Made by a program: the position numbers and the translations under genes. The notes under the pieces were generated by a model, which was not told the origin of the DNA, did not search any database, and saw only the letters and a list, made by a program, of their open reading frames with translations. Shown here one piece after another: positions 1 to 12,118 of a DNA stretch of 64,000 nt. The first letter of the stretch is position 1. Each line of letters opens with the position of its first letter. The stretch spans positions 41,726,001 to 41,790,000 of the forward strand of contig NC_043015.1 in the NCBI RefSeq assembly GCF_006345805.1, in the 5' to 3' direction. Source of the stretch: Octopus sinensis (taxonomy: Eukaryota).

Positions 1-39
1 GGTGGGGGTGGACAAACACACACACACATATATATATAT

Positions 40-450
40 TCTTTTATTCTTTTCTTTTACTTGTTTCAGTCATTTGACTGCGGCCATGCTGGAGCACCGC
101 CTTTAGTCGAGCAAATCGACCCCGGGACTTATTCTTTGTAAGCCCAGTACTTATTCTATCGGTCTCTTTTGCCGAACCGCTAAGTGACGGGGACGTAAAT
201 ACACCAGGCATCGGTTGTCAAGCAATGCTAGGGGACAAACACAGACACACAAACACACACACATATATATATATATACATATATACGACGGGCTTCTTTC
301 AGTTTCCGTCTACCAAATCCACTCACAAGGCATTGATCGGCCCGAGGCTATAGTAGAAGACACTTGCCCAAGGTGCCATGCAGTGGGACTGAACCCGGAA
401 CCATGTGGTTGGTTAGCAAGCTACTTACCACACAGCCACTCCTGCGCCTA
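40..450 (-). mobile_element. SINE family A (tRNA-derived, CORE-like, ~400 bp), near full length
   Basis: On the minus strand: head ATAGGCGCAGGAGTGGCTGTGTGG (A-box-like), GGTTCAGTCC (B-box-like), CACCTTGGGCAAGT (resembles the CORE-SINE domain), internal TA/CA microsatellite and A-rich tail AAACAAGTAAAAGA. About 20 copies in the window. The resemblance to octopus OR-type CORE-SINEs is recalled, not searched. Confidence 0.85.
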
Positions 451-928
451 TATATATATATTTAAAAGAAAATTTTCCATTTTCTTAATTTTCTTTTAAA
501 TGATTATAAACTATGATTTATATTTAGACTTATTATTATACGAATATTATTATTCATGCCAAATAGGTAATGAACCAGTAATTAAGTAGATATTACTATC
601 TCTTAAAGAGGCTAATTTTACTTCTAATTAAATATGTTTATATATATATATACACATACACACACACATATATGTATATATATGTGTGTGTGTGTGTGTG
701 CATCATCAATTAATGTCCATTTTCCATGTCAGTCTGTGTAGGACGTATTTATATAGCCGGGGGTAGTTTTCTACTTGGCCAGCTCCTGTGAACTGTCCTA
801 CCCATGCATGGAGGATGGACATTAAACGACAACAACATAATGTGGTGTGTGTTTATGTATATATATATGTATATATATATATATATATATAATATATATA
901 TTATATATATATTATATATACCATATAT

Positions 929-1340
929 ACTCTTTACTCTTTTTACTCTTTTACTTGTTTCAGTCATTTGACTGTGGCCATGCTGGAGCACCGCTTTTAG
1001 TCGAGCAAATCGACCCCCAGGACTTATTCTTTGTAAGCCTAGTACTTATTCTATTGGTCTCTTTGCCGAACCGCTCAGTTACGCGGACGTAAACACACCA
1101 GCATTGGTTGTCAAGCGATGTTTGGAGGACAAACACAGACACACAAACACACACGCATATATATATATATACAAATACATATATACGATGGGCTTCTTTC
1201 AGTTTCTGTCTACCACTCACAAGGCTTTAGTCGGCCAGAGGCTATAGTAGAAGACACTTGCCCAAGGTGCCACGCAGTGGGACTGAACCCGGAACCATGT
1301 TGTTGGTAAGCAAGCTACTTACCACACAGCCACAACTGCA
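929..1340 (-). mobile_element. SINE family A copy
   Basis: Collinear with 40-450, including the (GAGTAAAA)n tail. Confidence 0.85.
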
Positions 1341-1489
1341 CATACATATATACATATATATATATATACATTTATATATATTCAAAGATAGAGAGAAAGA
1401 TAGATAGACAGAAATGCAGATAGACAGCAGACAGATCACACACACACATATATATCTTGTTCTGCAATACTATATATATATATGTGTGT

Positions 1490-1530
<41 letters not shown>

Positions 1531-1912
1531 CTTGTGGCAGTGACCATGTCAAGAAGCAGATTTCTTATTTTTTACAAAAATAATTAAAAAAAAAACAACA
1601 ACCAAACAATTAGAAAATAATTAAATAAAATGGGGGGATGGAGGGGGGAGGGAAACATAAGCCGGAAAAACAAACAAAAGTAAAAAAACAAAAGAAACGT
1701 GTCACACCTTCGTTAAGTTTGTGCTTAACGTCACTGGCATACCTTGAAGAGTAAGGAGATAAGAAATACATAGAAGGAGTATTTAGAGCAAAGAAAAAAA
1801 AAAGAGGGTGGGGCGGGTATTTATGAAATAACGAGGGTGGAGGTAAGAAGCAGTTGGGAGAACATGCCAAAGAGAAGGTGTAGAAGGAACACTAAAGCCA
1901 TGTTAATAAAAG

Positions 1913-3214
1913 TCTCCATATATATAAAAGGCAGTTTGTCTGTCTGTGTGTCTGTCAGGTTGTACCCTTACCCTGACCACGGCTTTCAACCGATTCTGAT
2001 GAAACTTGACACACACTTAGCCCAATGTCATAATTCAAAACTAACGCAGCGAAAATTTTGAAAAGTTCCCCCAGTTCTGAAAAAAATCAATAAATTTGAC
2101 ATGGGGTCGAGAATCTAAGCTTATCATATGCAACACATTTTCTGTTGTAGTTTTCGCAACTTGCAATCAATTTTCACCAAACTCATGGTGAAGCTTAATG
2201 TTACCCTAAGGAACTTAATTCTGACGTTAGTTTTCCATGCAATACCTTACCATCAGAAAAAATCGATAAAATCATGCCATTTTGGGAAATCGCATTCAAA
2301 TTCAAGATGATATATTTTCGACAATATCTTTAACAAATTGGCAGGAATTTTTTTTGAAATTCACAGCGAGCATCATGTTTGCTTGAAGGAGCTATATGGC
2401 CCTTTTGATTCCAATAGGATACGTTATTACAGGAAAAAATCGGTTAATTACATCATATGTGGCACACATAGCAAACTGATTTTTCTGCGATATTTTTTGG
2501 AAGTTCACATAGATTTTTCCCTACACCGATGTTGGACATCAAGTTTGCATTAAATGTCAAACTAACGACCTTTTGTCAATGCAGTTAACAAGTATTGGGA
2601 GAAATCGACAAAATCATATCACTATGAGACCAACCATGCGAACCCTACAAAACTGACTTTTGTTAAATAGTTCGCGGATTTCAGGCGATTTAGTCGATTT
2701 TTGCCGCTTCAGCTAGGAACATTGTATACACAGAAGTATTGGAGTGAAGAGAAGACATTGCAACCTACACATGCGTCTTCGTTCCCTAGAGGGAAAAGAC
2801 TAGATCGGGATTAGTCATTGCCTACTAGAAGCTTCCGAGCCCCCTTTCGCTAGACTTAAGTTAGGATTAGGTAGGGCTTAGCTGTGGTCCGAACCCAATT
2901 TGGGTTCGGGGGGGGGGGGGGCGGTGTCAAAAGGGCCGGCATGTGCAACCTTATCACCTCTGCCTGTCAAACTCCAAACCCATGCATTCCCGTCGTGACA
3001 CTGATCTCGCAGAACTGGGTTGGGTGTGCTAAACAAAACCAGAAAATGTTCTTCATGCATGCAAGGGGACGGTGCCTTGAATGCCTTAATGCCTTTTAGG
3101 CTTCATTTTACAAAATAACGGTTCAATGAGTACAAAAAAGGGTAAAAAGGTAAAGGGCATTGCTTATCGACAAAGTTTCTTACATACCCGGGCAACGCTG
3201 GGCTATGCTGCTAG
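1913..3214 (+). mobile_element. Non-autonomous Helitron, ~1.3 kb
   Basis: 5' TC(C)ATATATATAAAAGGCAGTTTGTCTG. 3' GC-rich hairpin ACCCGGGCAACGCTGGGC followed by CTAG|T at 3211-3215. The first ~200 bp match the reverse copy at 41880-42085. Confidence 0.75.
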
Positions 3215-3284
3215 TAATAATAATAATAACAATAATGATAATAATAATAATCCTTTCTATTATGGGCACAAGGCCCGAAGCTTT

Positions 3285-3695
3285 GGGGGAGGGGACTAGT
3301 CGATTACATCGATCTCACCACCATGACCACCACCAAGAATTTCACTGGTACTTAATTTAGCGACCTTGAGAGGATGAAAGGCAAAGTAGATCGCGGCAGA
3401 ATTTGAACTCAGAACGTAGCGAACGGCGAAATACTGCTAAGCATTTCGTCCGGCATGCTAACCACTCTGACGATGATGATGATGATGATTTCAAATTTTT
3501 GCCACAAGGGCTGCTTGCATGTGTGTGTGTGTGTGTGTGTGTGGGGAGATTAAGTCGATTACATCGATCCCCAGTGCATAACCGGTACTTATTTTCTTGA
3601 CCCTGAAAGAATGAAAAATAAAGTCAAGAGCAGTGAAATTTGAACTCAGAACGTAAGTAAGAAAGGATGAAAAACTGCTAAACATTTTGCCCAGA
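3285..3695 (-). mobile_element. Two SINE family B fragments separated by microsatellites
   Basis: Reverse complement of the family B core ...GAGTTCAAATT...CTTTGCCTTTCATCCT...AAGTACCAG at ~3290-3470 and ~3548-3695. Confidence 0.75.
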
Positions 3696-3696
3696 G

Positions 3697-3734
<38 letters not shown>

Positions 3735-4147
3735 CTTTGTTTATGGGGCCATGAGGGCTGCAAAGATATTTAGGGCAATACAAAGACAAAGGACAGGGGT
3801 GCAGGGGGGGGAGTTACATAGAGGGGTGCAAACAATAAAACAAAGAACAATTTGCAAAAAAAAAAAAAAATAATAATAATAATGATAATAATGATAATAA
3901 TAACAAAAAGTCTGATCAAATGAAATCCTCCCCCAACAGGGGGTTGATGATGGGGTGGTGGTGGAAGGAAATGAAACAACAGTAATAACAAGGTATGGAG
4001 CAGAAAATCAGGCCAGCTGTATTCACCCAAGCAGAACAGAGAGGAATACAAAGTGATGATGATGATGATGATGATGATGATAACAGCAACATTAATAACA
4101 GTAATAAGAAAGCCAACAGGTGGGCGATTTGGTTTACAGGTAAAAGA

Positions 4148-4705
4148 AGAAGGTGAAGGAGGAGGAGGAGGAGGAGGAGGAGAAGAAGGAGGAGGAGAAG
4201 GAAAATGAGAAGGAGAAGAAGAAAGAGGAGGAAGGAGGAAGGAGGAGAAGAAGAAGAAAAAAGAGGAGGAAGGAGGAGAAGAAGAAGAAGAAAGAGGAGG
4301 AAGGAGGAGAAGAAGAAAGAGAAGAAGAAGAAGAAAGAGGAGGAGGAGGAAGAGGAGAAGAAGAAGAAAATGAAGAAGAGGGAGAAGAAGAGGGAGGAGA
4401 AGAAGAAGAAGAAGGAGGAGGAGAAGAAGGAGAAGAAGAAGGAGGAGGAGGAGGAGGAGAAGAAGAAGAAGAAGGAGAAGGAGGAGGAGGAGAAGAAGAA
4501 AAGAAAGAGGAGAAGAAGAAGAAGAAGGAGGAGGAGAAGAAGAAGAAGAAGGAGAAGAAGAATGAGAAGAAGGAGGAGAAGAAGAAGAAGAATGAGAAGA
4601 AAAAGAAGAAGAGGAGGAGAAGAAAAAGAAGAAGAAGAGGAGAAGAAGAAGAAGAATAAAGAGGAGAAAAAGAAGAAGAAGAAGAAGTAGAGGAAGAAGA
4701 AGAAG
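4148..4705. repeat. (GAA/GGA)n purine triplet microsatellite
   Basis: Directly visible; explains the ORFs 3770-4741, 3916-4920, 4153-4659 and 4205-4690. Confidence 0.95.
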
Positions 4706-5040
4706 GGGGCGATGGAAAACATGCAAAAGCGCTGTGAACACAGAAAAATGTTTTTTGAAGGTACGTCTATGCTATGACAGTATATACACCCACCTCCTCC
4801 TTTTGCGTATGTTCTGAGTAATATAAAGCTGTGCAGGCCAAGGAATATGAGCAAAAACTCACAAAGGTTTAGAGGAAGATTTTCACAGGACATGCGCAGG
4901 AATGTGTATAGTATATACAATGCATGGACATCAGTGAAATATTTCCTACATGTCTCATGTGGTATACAGGATAGGCAAAGAGTAAATATATTAAAAAAAA
5001 GTCAAGACACGTCAAGGATAATTGTTTTACATTTAAAGGT

Positions 5041-5200
5041 GCAGACGTAGCTGTGTGGTAAGAAGTTTGCTTCCCAATGACATGGTTTTGGGTTCAGTCC
5101 CACTGGATGGCATCTCGGGCAAGTGCCTTTAACTTTTGCCCCCGGGGCAGACCAAAGTCAGTAGATTTCGTAGACGGAAACTGAAAGAAGCCCATCATGT
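5041..5200 (+). mobile_element. SINE family A, 5' half, diverged
   Basis: GTAGCTGTGTGGTAAG...GGGTTCAGTCCCACTG...GGAAACTGAAAGAAGCCC. Confidence 0.75.
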
Positions 5201-5224
5201 ACACATATGTATATTTATATATTT

Positions 5225-5450
5225 TTTTACTATCCACAAGGGGCTAAACATAGAGGGGACAAACAAGGACAGACAAAGGGGTTAAGTCGATTACATCGAC
5301 CCAGTGTGAAACTGGTACTTTATTTATCGACCCCGAGAGGATGAAAGGCAAAGTCGACCTCGGCGGCATTTGAACTCAGAACATAACGACAGACGAAATA
5401 CCGCTAAGCATTTTGCCCAGCGTGCTAACGTCTCTGCCAGCTCGCAGCCT
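5225..5450 (-). mobile_element. SINE family B (tRNA-like head, ~235 bp), full unit
   Basis: Minus strand: head GAGCTGGCAGAGACGTTAGCACG, B-box-like GAGTTCAAATGCC, core GTCGACTTTGCCTTTCATCCTCTCGGGGTCGATAAATAAAGTACCAG (resembles the Meta-domain of MetaSINEs, from memory), tail GCCCCTTGTGGATAGTAAAA. Confidence 0.85.
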
Positions 5451-5689
5451 AGATATGTATATTTATGATTCTTTTCGTTATTGGTATGGGGCTCATTCCT
5501 CCAATTTCAATTAATCTATATCAGTGAAAATTTGTGGTTATAGTCGTCTTCTCACTGCTATTTTTAGCATGCTGATGCCACTTGTATCACCCTTAATTAT
5601 TAATTAATAATGGTATTTTTTTACACATGATATGCTACTAGATATTATTGTAAACGGTAATATCCTTATATATATATATTGTTTTATAT

Positions 5690-5915
5690 ATTCTTTTATT
5701 CTTTTACTTGTTTCAGTCATTTTACTGCGGCCATGCTGGAGCACCGTCTTTAGTCAAACAAATCAACCCCAGGACTTATTCTTTGTAAGCCTAGTATCTA
5801 TTCTATCAGTTTCTTTTGCTGAACTGCTAAGTTACAGGGACGTAAACGGACGTAAACACACCAACACCAGTTGTCAAGCATTGGTGGGGGGACAAACACA
5901 GACACACACACAAAC

Positions 5916-5955
<40 letters not shown>

Positions 5956-6085
5956 CGATGGGCTTCTTTCAGCTTCCGTCTACCAAATCCACTCACAAGG
6001 CTTTGGTTGGCCTGAGGCTATGGTAGAAGACACTTACCCAAGATACCACGCAGTGGGACTGAACCCAGAACCATGTGGTTGGTAG
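5690..6085 (-). mobile_element. SINE family A copy
   Basis: Collinear with the other family A copies. Confidence 0.85.
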
Positions 6086-6614
6086 CACAAATAAAGGTTA
6101 CAAACCTCATTCAGGGATAACAAAGTCCTACGAAAGTACTGGTTAATTACCTATAAAAAGAATATTGAACTTTATATTTACTACTCAACAGCAAGGTAAC
6201 TATATAAACCGTGATTTATATATATTCATTTATTATAAGATGAGAAAATAGAGAGGTAATTAATAAATTATTATTTATTAATTAAAAAAATTGACAAACA
6301 TCCCTTACAGCTGTTTCAATTCAAGACCTTCAGAATATTAATTAATAAAATTTTAAATTATTTGAAAGTTGAATCTCGTCAGAGATAGTTTGAGACATAC
6401 AAAATTGGTGCTCAATTCCTCCATGTTGAGCAAACGGCTGCGAACCCTATATATTCATGTTTGTGTCTGTGTTTGTCCCTCCCCCCACTGCTTGACAACC
6501 TGCATTGATTCTTTTTATGCTCCCATGACTTGGTGGTTCAGTAAAATGAGACTGATGGAATAAGTACCAAATACCAGGCTTGAAAAAAATAATAAAAAGT
6601 CCCAGGGTCTATAT

Positions 6615-6845
6615 ATATTTCTTTACTACCCACAAGGGGCTAAACACAGAGGGGACCAACAAGGACAGACAAAGGGATTAAGTCGATTACATCGACCCCA
6701 GTGCGTAACTGGAAATTAATTTATCGACCCCGAAAGGATGAAAGGCAAAGTCGACCTCGGCGGAATTTGAACTCAGAACGTAACGGCAGACAAAATATGG
6801 CTACGCATTTCGCCCGGCGTGATAACATTTCTGCCAGCTCGCCGC
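6615..6845 (-). mobile_element. SINE family B copy
   Basis: Collinear with 5225-5450. Confidence 0.85.
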
Positions 6846-7479
6846 CCAGGGTCTATATATTTGAGTATAACCCTTCAAGGTGGTGCCCCAGCATGGTCGC
6901 AGCCCAAAGACTGAAACAAGAAAAAGACAGCCGATAAAAGATAACTTGTGGATAAAACAAGAACAATTTTATTTTTTAAAGCGAAATTTATGGCATGTTT
7001 AAACACTTGTCATTTGGTCGTTAAATACTCAGGGTGGGACGAGACAGCATAAAATCTATTAATTTCAAGATTACGATCAATGGTCAGCCATAAAGAAATA
7101 AAAGGGAAAAGGACCCCTCCTTCCTCACACCCTCACCAAAACAGTTAAATCATATCAGCAGAGATATTTATGACAGGGCAATGAGTTGAGTCAGAAATAG
7201 CAGGATGACACAAATGCTAAAAATAGCAGTCAGACATGGTCATGTGGCTAAGAGGTTTGCTTTGCAACCGTGTGGTTTTCGGTTCAGTCCCACTGTGCAG
7301 CACCTAGGATAAGTACATATCTTGTACTCTAATCTTGGGCTGACCAAAGCCTTGTGAGTGAATCTGCTGAACAGAAACCCCTTTTTTTTTCCCCATGTTA
7401 TAGGGGTAAATACCCAACCTTTCTTTGCGGTTCTTACAGCTTTACTGCATCCAAAATTTACTTTCTTCTCTGTCACCTA

Positions 7480-7690
7480 AAGCTCCATGAGGCTCTGGCA
7501 GGAGGGTGGGGGTGGGGTGGCAACCCATGTTGTACTCTTTTGCCCCAACTTTCTCTCACTCTTTCTTCCTGTTTCTCGAGTAACGCTGCGATGGACTGAC
7601 GTCCCGTCCAGCTGGGGGGAAACACATACACCACAGAAACCAGGAAACCGGGCCCATGAGCCTGGCTAGGCTTGAGATGGGCACATAAAT
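7480..7690 (+). mobile_element. SINE family D-related 3' portion
   Basis: TAAAGCTCCATGAGGCTCTGGCAG...GTACTCTTTTGCCCCAACTTTCTCTCACTCTT matches the interior of the element at 44287-44676; ends in an A-rich tail. Confidence 0.6.
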
Positions 7691-7727
7691 AAATAAAAAA
7701 TATATATTTATATATATATATATTTAT

Positions 7728-8202
7728 ATATATTAGAAGAAATGAGGTAATCAGAAGATCGGATGGTTTATATTTACAGATATTTATTTATATATTACAT
7801 TTTTTACATATATATCATATCACTTAGATCATTAGCGCTTTCTCCCATTCTAGTGGGGTTTTCATATCAAACTAAGTTCCTCTGTGGGGAATTTTAATCA
7901 TTTTATAGAGTTTCGTAGTGGTGGGGGGGAATATAAGACAGTACAAGAGGGTGAGGTGGATGAGGAGAAAGTGAGAGAGAGTGTACTATCTTATATTCCT
8001 CCCCACCACTACGAAAACTCTATAAAATGATTAAAATTCCCCACAAAGGAACTTAGTTTGATTTGAAAACCCCACTAGAATGGGAGAAAGCGCTAATGAT
8101 CTAAGTGATATGATATATATATAAAAAAATGTAACATACTAATAAATATCTGTAAATATAAACCATCCTATTTTCTGAGTACCTCATTTCTTCTAATATA
8201 TA
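7728..8202. repeat. Long inverted repeat (arms ~7728-7945 and ~7982-8202)
   Basis: Left arm ATATTAGAAGAAATGAGGTAATCAGAAG...GAATATAAGACAGTACA; the right arm is its near-complement TGTACTATCTTATATTC...TACCTCATTTCTTCTAATAT; ~36-bp purine-rich spacer. Confidence 0.92.
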
Positions 8203-8243
8203 ATACCTGTACATCATCTCCAAACCTTCCAATATATATATAT

Positions 8244-8413
8244 ATAATATTAATTAGAGACAAAACCACTATTATGCAAATCAAACAAAGAAAGACTTAA
8301 TCCAATACATAAATTATTTAATATATTTAATTTATATAAAATTTTTTATGTATTGGATTAGTCTTTCTTTGTTTGATTTGCATAATAGTGGTTTTGTCTC
8401 TAATTAATATTAT
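8244..8413. repeat. Inverted repeat (arms 8244-8313 and 8345-8413)
   Basis: TAATATTAATTAGAGACAAAACCACTATTATGCAAATCAAACAAAGAAAGAC... is complementary to ...GTCTTTCTTTGTTTGATTTGCATAATAGTGGTTTTGTCTCTAATTAATATTA. Confidence 0.92.
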
Positions 8414-8512
8414 ATTATATTTTACTATAAAATTGGATTCAATCCTAAATCTGATTTTTCCCTGTAAATTTGGATTTATTCCCTAATATTTATTATATAT
8501 ATATACATATAT

Positions 8513-8915
8513 GATGGCCATTCACAAGTGACTGAGGAAGACCATTGCTGACCTTCAGGAACATTGTGTGCTCTAGGACTAACATATTTTCCATTTGTGG
8601 CTTCATTAGTGGCTCATGAGCCCTGCTCTTGACAAGCATACACGACTGCAAACATTGCAGACCAAACTTTCCCCATTCACTACACCAGCCGTGTGCTTTT
8701 GTGCAGCATGCTTAAGTTGTTCATGCAGAACACATGCTCTCTCAAAAGTGTTGAGCCCCTCCTTAACCTGCTTCCTCCATCTGTGGCGATGACAAGCATT
8801 ACTCTCCCAGTTAGTCTCCTACATACCACAGGCTTTTAATGAGGCCTTGACACAGTCCTTTAAATCGCAGCCTTGGTTTCTGCTGGGGTCTCTTTCCATT
8901 CACAAGTTCCCCATA
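8513..8915 (-). mobile_element. RTE-clade LINE 3' fragment (decayed)
   Basis: Manual minus-strand translation with a frameshift and a stop: ELVNGKRPQQKPRLRFK/DCVKASLKACGM*ETNWESNACHRHRWRKQVKEGLNTFE...CNVCSRVCLSRAGLMSH. This matches the RTE/BovB ORF C-terminus and terminal Cys/His motif. Confidence 0.8.
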
Positions 8916-8974
8916 CATATATATATACACACATATATATATATATATACACACCATGCTGTGGCACTGCCTTG

Positions 8975-9245
8975 AATGTATCGACCCCAGTACTTTTGCT
9001 TTTAAAGCCTGGTTATTCTATTGATCTCTTTTGCCAAACCGCTGTTAGCGGGGCATAAACAAACTAACACCAGTTGTCAAGCGGTGGTGGCGGAAGGACA
9101 GACACACACACATACACACACACACGACTGACCTCTCCACATCCACTCACAAGGCTTTGGTCGGCCCCAGGCTACGCAGTGGGACTGAACCCAGAACCAT
9201 GTTGGTTGGGGAGCAAGCTCCTTTCTTACCACACAGCCACATCTG
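8975..9245 (-). mobile_element. SINE family A, internally deleted and diverged
   Basis: Recognisable head (CTTACCACACAGCCAC) and body segments. Confidence 0.7.
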
Positions 9246-9290
9246 TATGCATATGTGTATGTGTGTGTGTGTGTGTATGCTGGTATTCAG

Positions 9291-9339
9291 GAACGAGATG
9301 GCTGCCACTGAAGAAGTGCAGTATGCTGAGATCACGTGA
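9291..9339 (+). CDS. Speculative terminal coding exon ending NEMAATEEVQYAEIT*
   Basis: TTCAG acceptor, open frame to TGA at 9337-9339, non-repetitive downstream sequence and AATAAA near 9748. The polypyrimidine tract is weak and no upstream exon was identified. Confidence 0.15.
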
Positions 9340-10968
9340 TTTGGCAGTTGCAGTACCCATACCAGACAATTCTTGTCTGCTGGCAATATCTACCTGTGTT
9401 CTTAGCATTGTATGCCTGATGATATCCATTCCTTTATGATATATGTTCCTATATGGTATACGTTCCTTTACCTGCTCTGTGTATCTTCCTCCGAAGAGTT
9501 CTCCTGCTGTCTGCTCACCCCATTATAAATAATATATAGACAGCGGTGGACTGGCCAGATTGCCAGCTTTCTCGATGGCATGTGGACCCTTGCGCCATAA
9601 GAATCCATATATAGGGCCCATGTTAGTATCTAAGGGACCCATCCCATTAAGTTTGAGCATTTTTTATTCACTCCTGGAAGAATGCATTATTTCAGCCTGG
9701 CTGTGTTTGTAGACACTTGAAAAGAATACTTTTAACAAAACAAAAAAATAAATAAATAAATGGTAGCATTGTAGTTGCAGGTGGACCCCTTAGTCTCCTT
9801 GTAACCAATATTTTTAAACCCAGTCCACCAAAGTATATAGATATCTATATATGTTATATATATCTAAATAAGCCACAGGATATCCAGAGGTAATGCAGTA
9901 CGATCGTTTCAAGCAACTCCATTTAATTGAACAAAGCAACCATTACATCAATTTAAATGCAGAGCAATCCTCAGCTGCATAAATACATACAATTAAATTA
10001 AATTAAAACAGATGGACACATTAGTATAATTTTACCTAAAATCTCCAAGAAGGTGAGGAGATAGACAAAGATCATGCTGTCTTCACTTTAGCTTAGAAGC
10101 TACTAAGGTATCAGGAAGACAGACTTGTTAGAGATCTTGCTTGTCACTGTTTTTAGGGGTCAGTTTTAATTTATAGTCTTGTTTATCAAATCTTTGTATA
10201 TCAAAATCTAAGGCCAAGGAACAAGGAGCAGTTTCTGTTTGGAAGGGGGCTGAGGGAATCGACAGAAATCATAGTGGGTATAGTCATAAAACTATCAACA
10301 TTAATTTGAAGCAATATAATGAGATTTGGTAAAGGAAATCTTAAATCAGGGTGTTAGTTATAATTTAAAGGGGCAAGACTCTAGTAAAACCATTTATGAT
10401 AATACAGGAGAAATTTTATCATGGGGTACAATAGTTGAATACTTTAAATAAGTACTGGGGTACCTTTGACTAAAACCTTCAGGGCCATACCCCAGAATGG
10501 CTGCAGTCGAATGTCAGTACTTATTTGTTGAATTTGGTACTAATTTTATGGGACTCTTTTGTTGAACTGGTTGTCAAGCAGTGGTAGGAGACAAACACAC
10601 ACAAACACACAGTTTCCATGGACCAAATCCATTCACAAGGCTTTGGTCAATACAGGATATAGAAAACACAGCCAAGCACTGAATACCGTTCATTAAATTA
10701 TTGACGGCTGGAGCTATCTTCGTTTAAGTGTGAAATAAATAAACGTTATCAAATTATTGTAGACTTTGCTTCCTTAACGAACGGCTCCTTCTTATTAATT
10801 AATCTGTTTAATCTTTGATCAAGTAATTCTCACTTCCAATCAAATGAGAGACATTTTCGCCGATGTGAGCAGATGTTGCGATGAAACAAGATAACAACCT
10901 GTTACTCAGTAAAGGATCTCTCGCTCTCTGATAACATAATTTTCAAGTTTAATGTGAACGAGTGAAAT

Positions 10969-11380
10969 ATAGGCGCAGGAGTGGCTGTGTGGTAAGTAGC
11001 TTGCTTACCAGCCACATAGTTCCGGGTTCAGTCCCACTGCGTGGCACCTTGGGCAAGTGTCTTCTGCTATAGCCTCGGGCCGACCAATGCCTTGTGAGTG
11101 GATTTGGTAGACGGAAACTGAAAGAAGCCTGTTGTATATATATATAATATATATATATATATGTATGTGTGTGTATATGTTTGTCCCCCCAACATCGCTT
11201 GACAACCGATGCTGGTGTATTTACGTCCCCGTCACTTAGCGGTTCGGCAAAAGAGACCGATAGAATAAGTACTGGGCTTACAAAAAATAAGTCCCGGGGT
11301 CGATTTGTTCGACTAAAAAAGGCGGTGCTCCAGCATGGCCGCAGTCAAATGTCTGAAACAAGTAAAAAAAGAAAAAAAAG
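10969..11380 (+). mobile_element. SINE family A copy, full length
   Basis: ATAGGCGCAGGAGTGGCTGTGTGG ... GAAACAAGTAAAAAAAGA. Confidence 0.9.
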
Positions 11381-11748
11381 AGAGAATACGACTTGACCTT
11401 CCATTTCTTAAAATATACTTTCATATTCCATGCGAGCAGTGGCGTCGCTAGGGTAAACTATGCCCGGGGGTAAGCCACAAAAATGCCCCCCCCCCTTGCG
11501 CTATTATAAAATCCATGATGTTATGTAATTTTTTTTTGTTACAAGTAATCAATGTTTTAAAGCGATATTTTAGGAACAAATACTTTACCCGACGGTTTGG
11601 TACAGCCTGTTATTCAAAATGTATTTTGTGAATGTTTACGTTTACAAAACCTCCTTATTTTAACCGTTTAACGTACCAGCTTCCTCGATTGAAACATTAA
11701 AGAACTTAATGTGTGAAATGAGATGTAATAAAAAAAATATATAAGCAA

Positions 11749-12118
11749 AGGTGTAGGAGTGGCTGTGTGGTAAGTAGCTTGCTTACTAACCACATGGTTC
11801 CGGGTTCAGTCCCACTGCGTAGCACCTTGGGCAAGTGTCTTCTACTATAGCCTTGGGCCGACCAAAGCCTTGTGAGTGGATTTGGTAAACGGAAACTGAA
11901 AGAAGCCCGTCGTATATATGTATGTGCGTGTATATGTCTGTGTTTGACAATCGATGTTGGTGTGTTTACATCCTCGTAAGTTAGCAGTTTGGTAAAAAGA
12001 GACCGATAGAATAAGTACTGGGCTTACAAAGAATAAGTCCTTGGGTCGAGTTGCTCGACTAAAGGCGGTGCTCCAGCATGGCCGCAGTCAAATGACTGAA
12101 AGAAGTAAAAGAGTAAAA
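11749..12118 (+). mobile_element. SINE family A copy
   Basis: Full head-to-tail match. Confidence 0.88.

Noticed and set aside
215-499. Recurrent ORF ending ...EDTCPRCHAVGLNPEPCGW (CxxC-like) seen about 10 times
   Set aside because: It is the antisense translation of the SINE family A head, not a protein family.
3995-4140. Short frame MEQKIRPAVFTQAEQRGIQSDDDD...RWAIWFT followed by a GTAAAA donor-like site
   Set aside because: Built around a (GAT)n microsatellite, no recognisable homology and no linked exon.
3770-4920. Longest ORFs in the track (323 and 334 aa) and poly-E/K/R frames
   Set aside because: Translations of a (GAA/GGA)n microsatellite, open in most frames on both strands, with no domain content.
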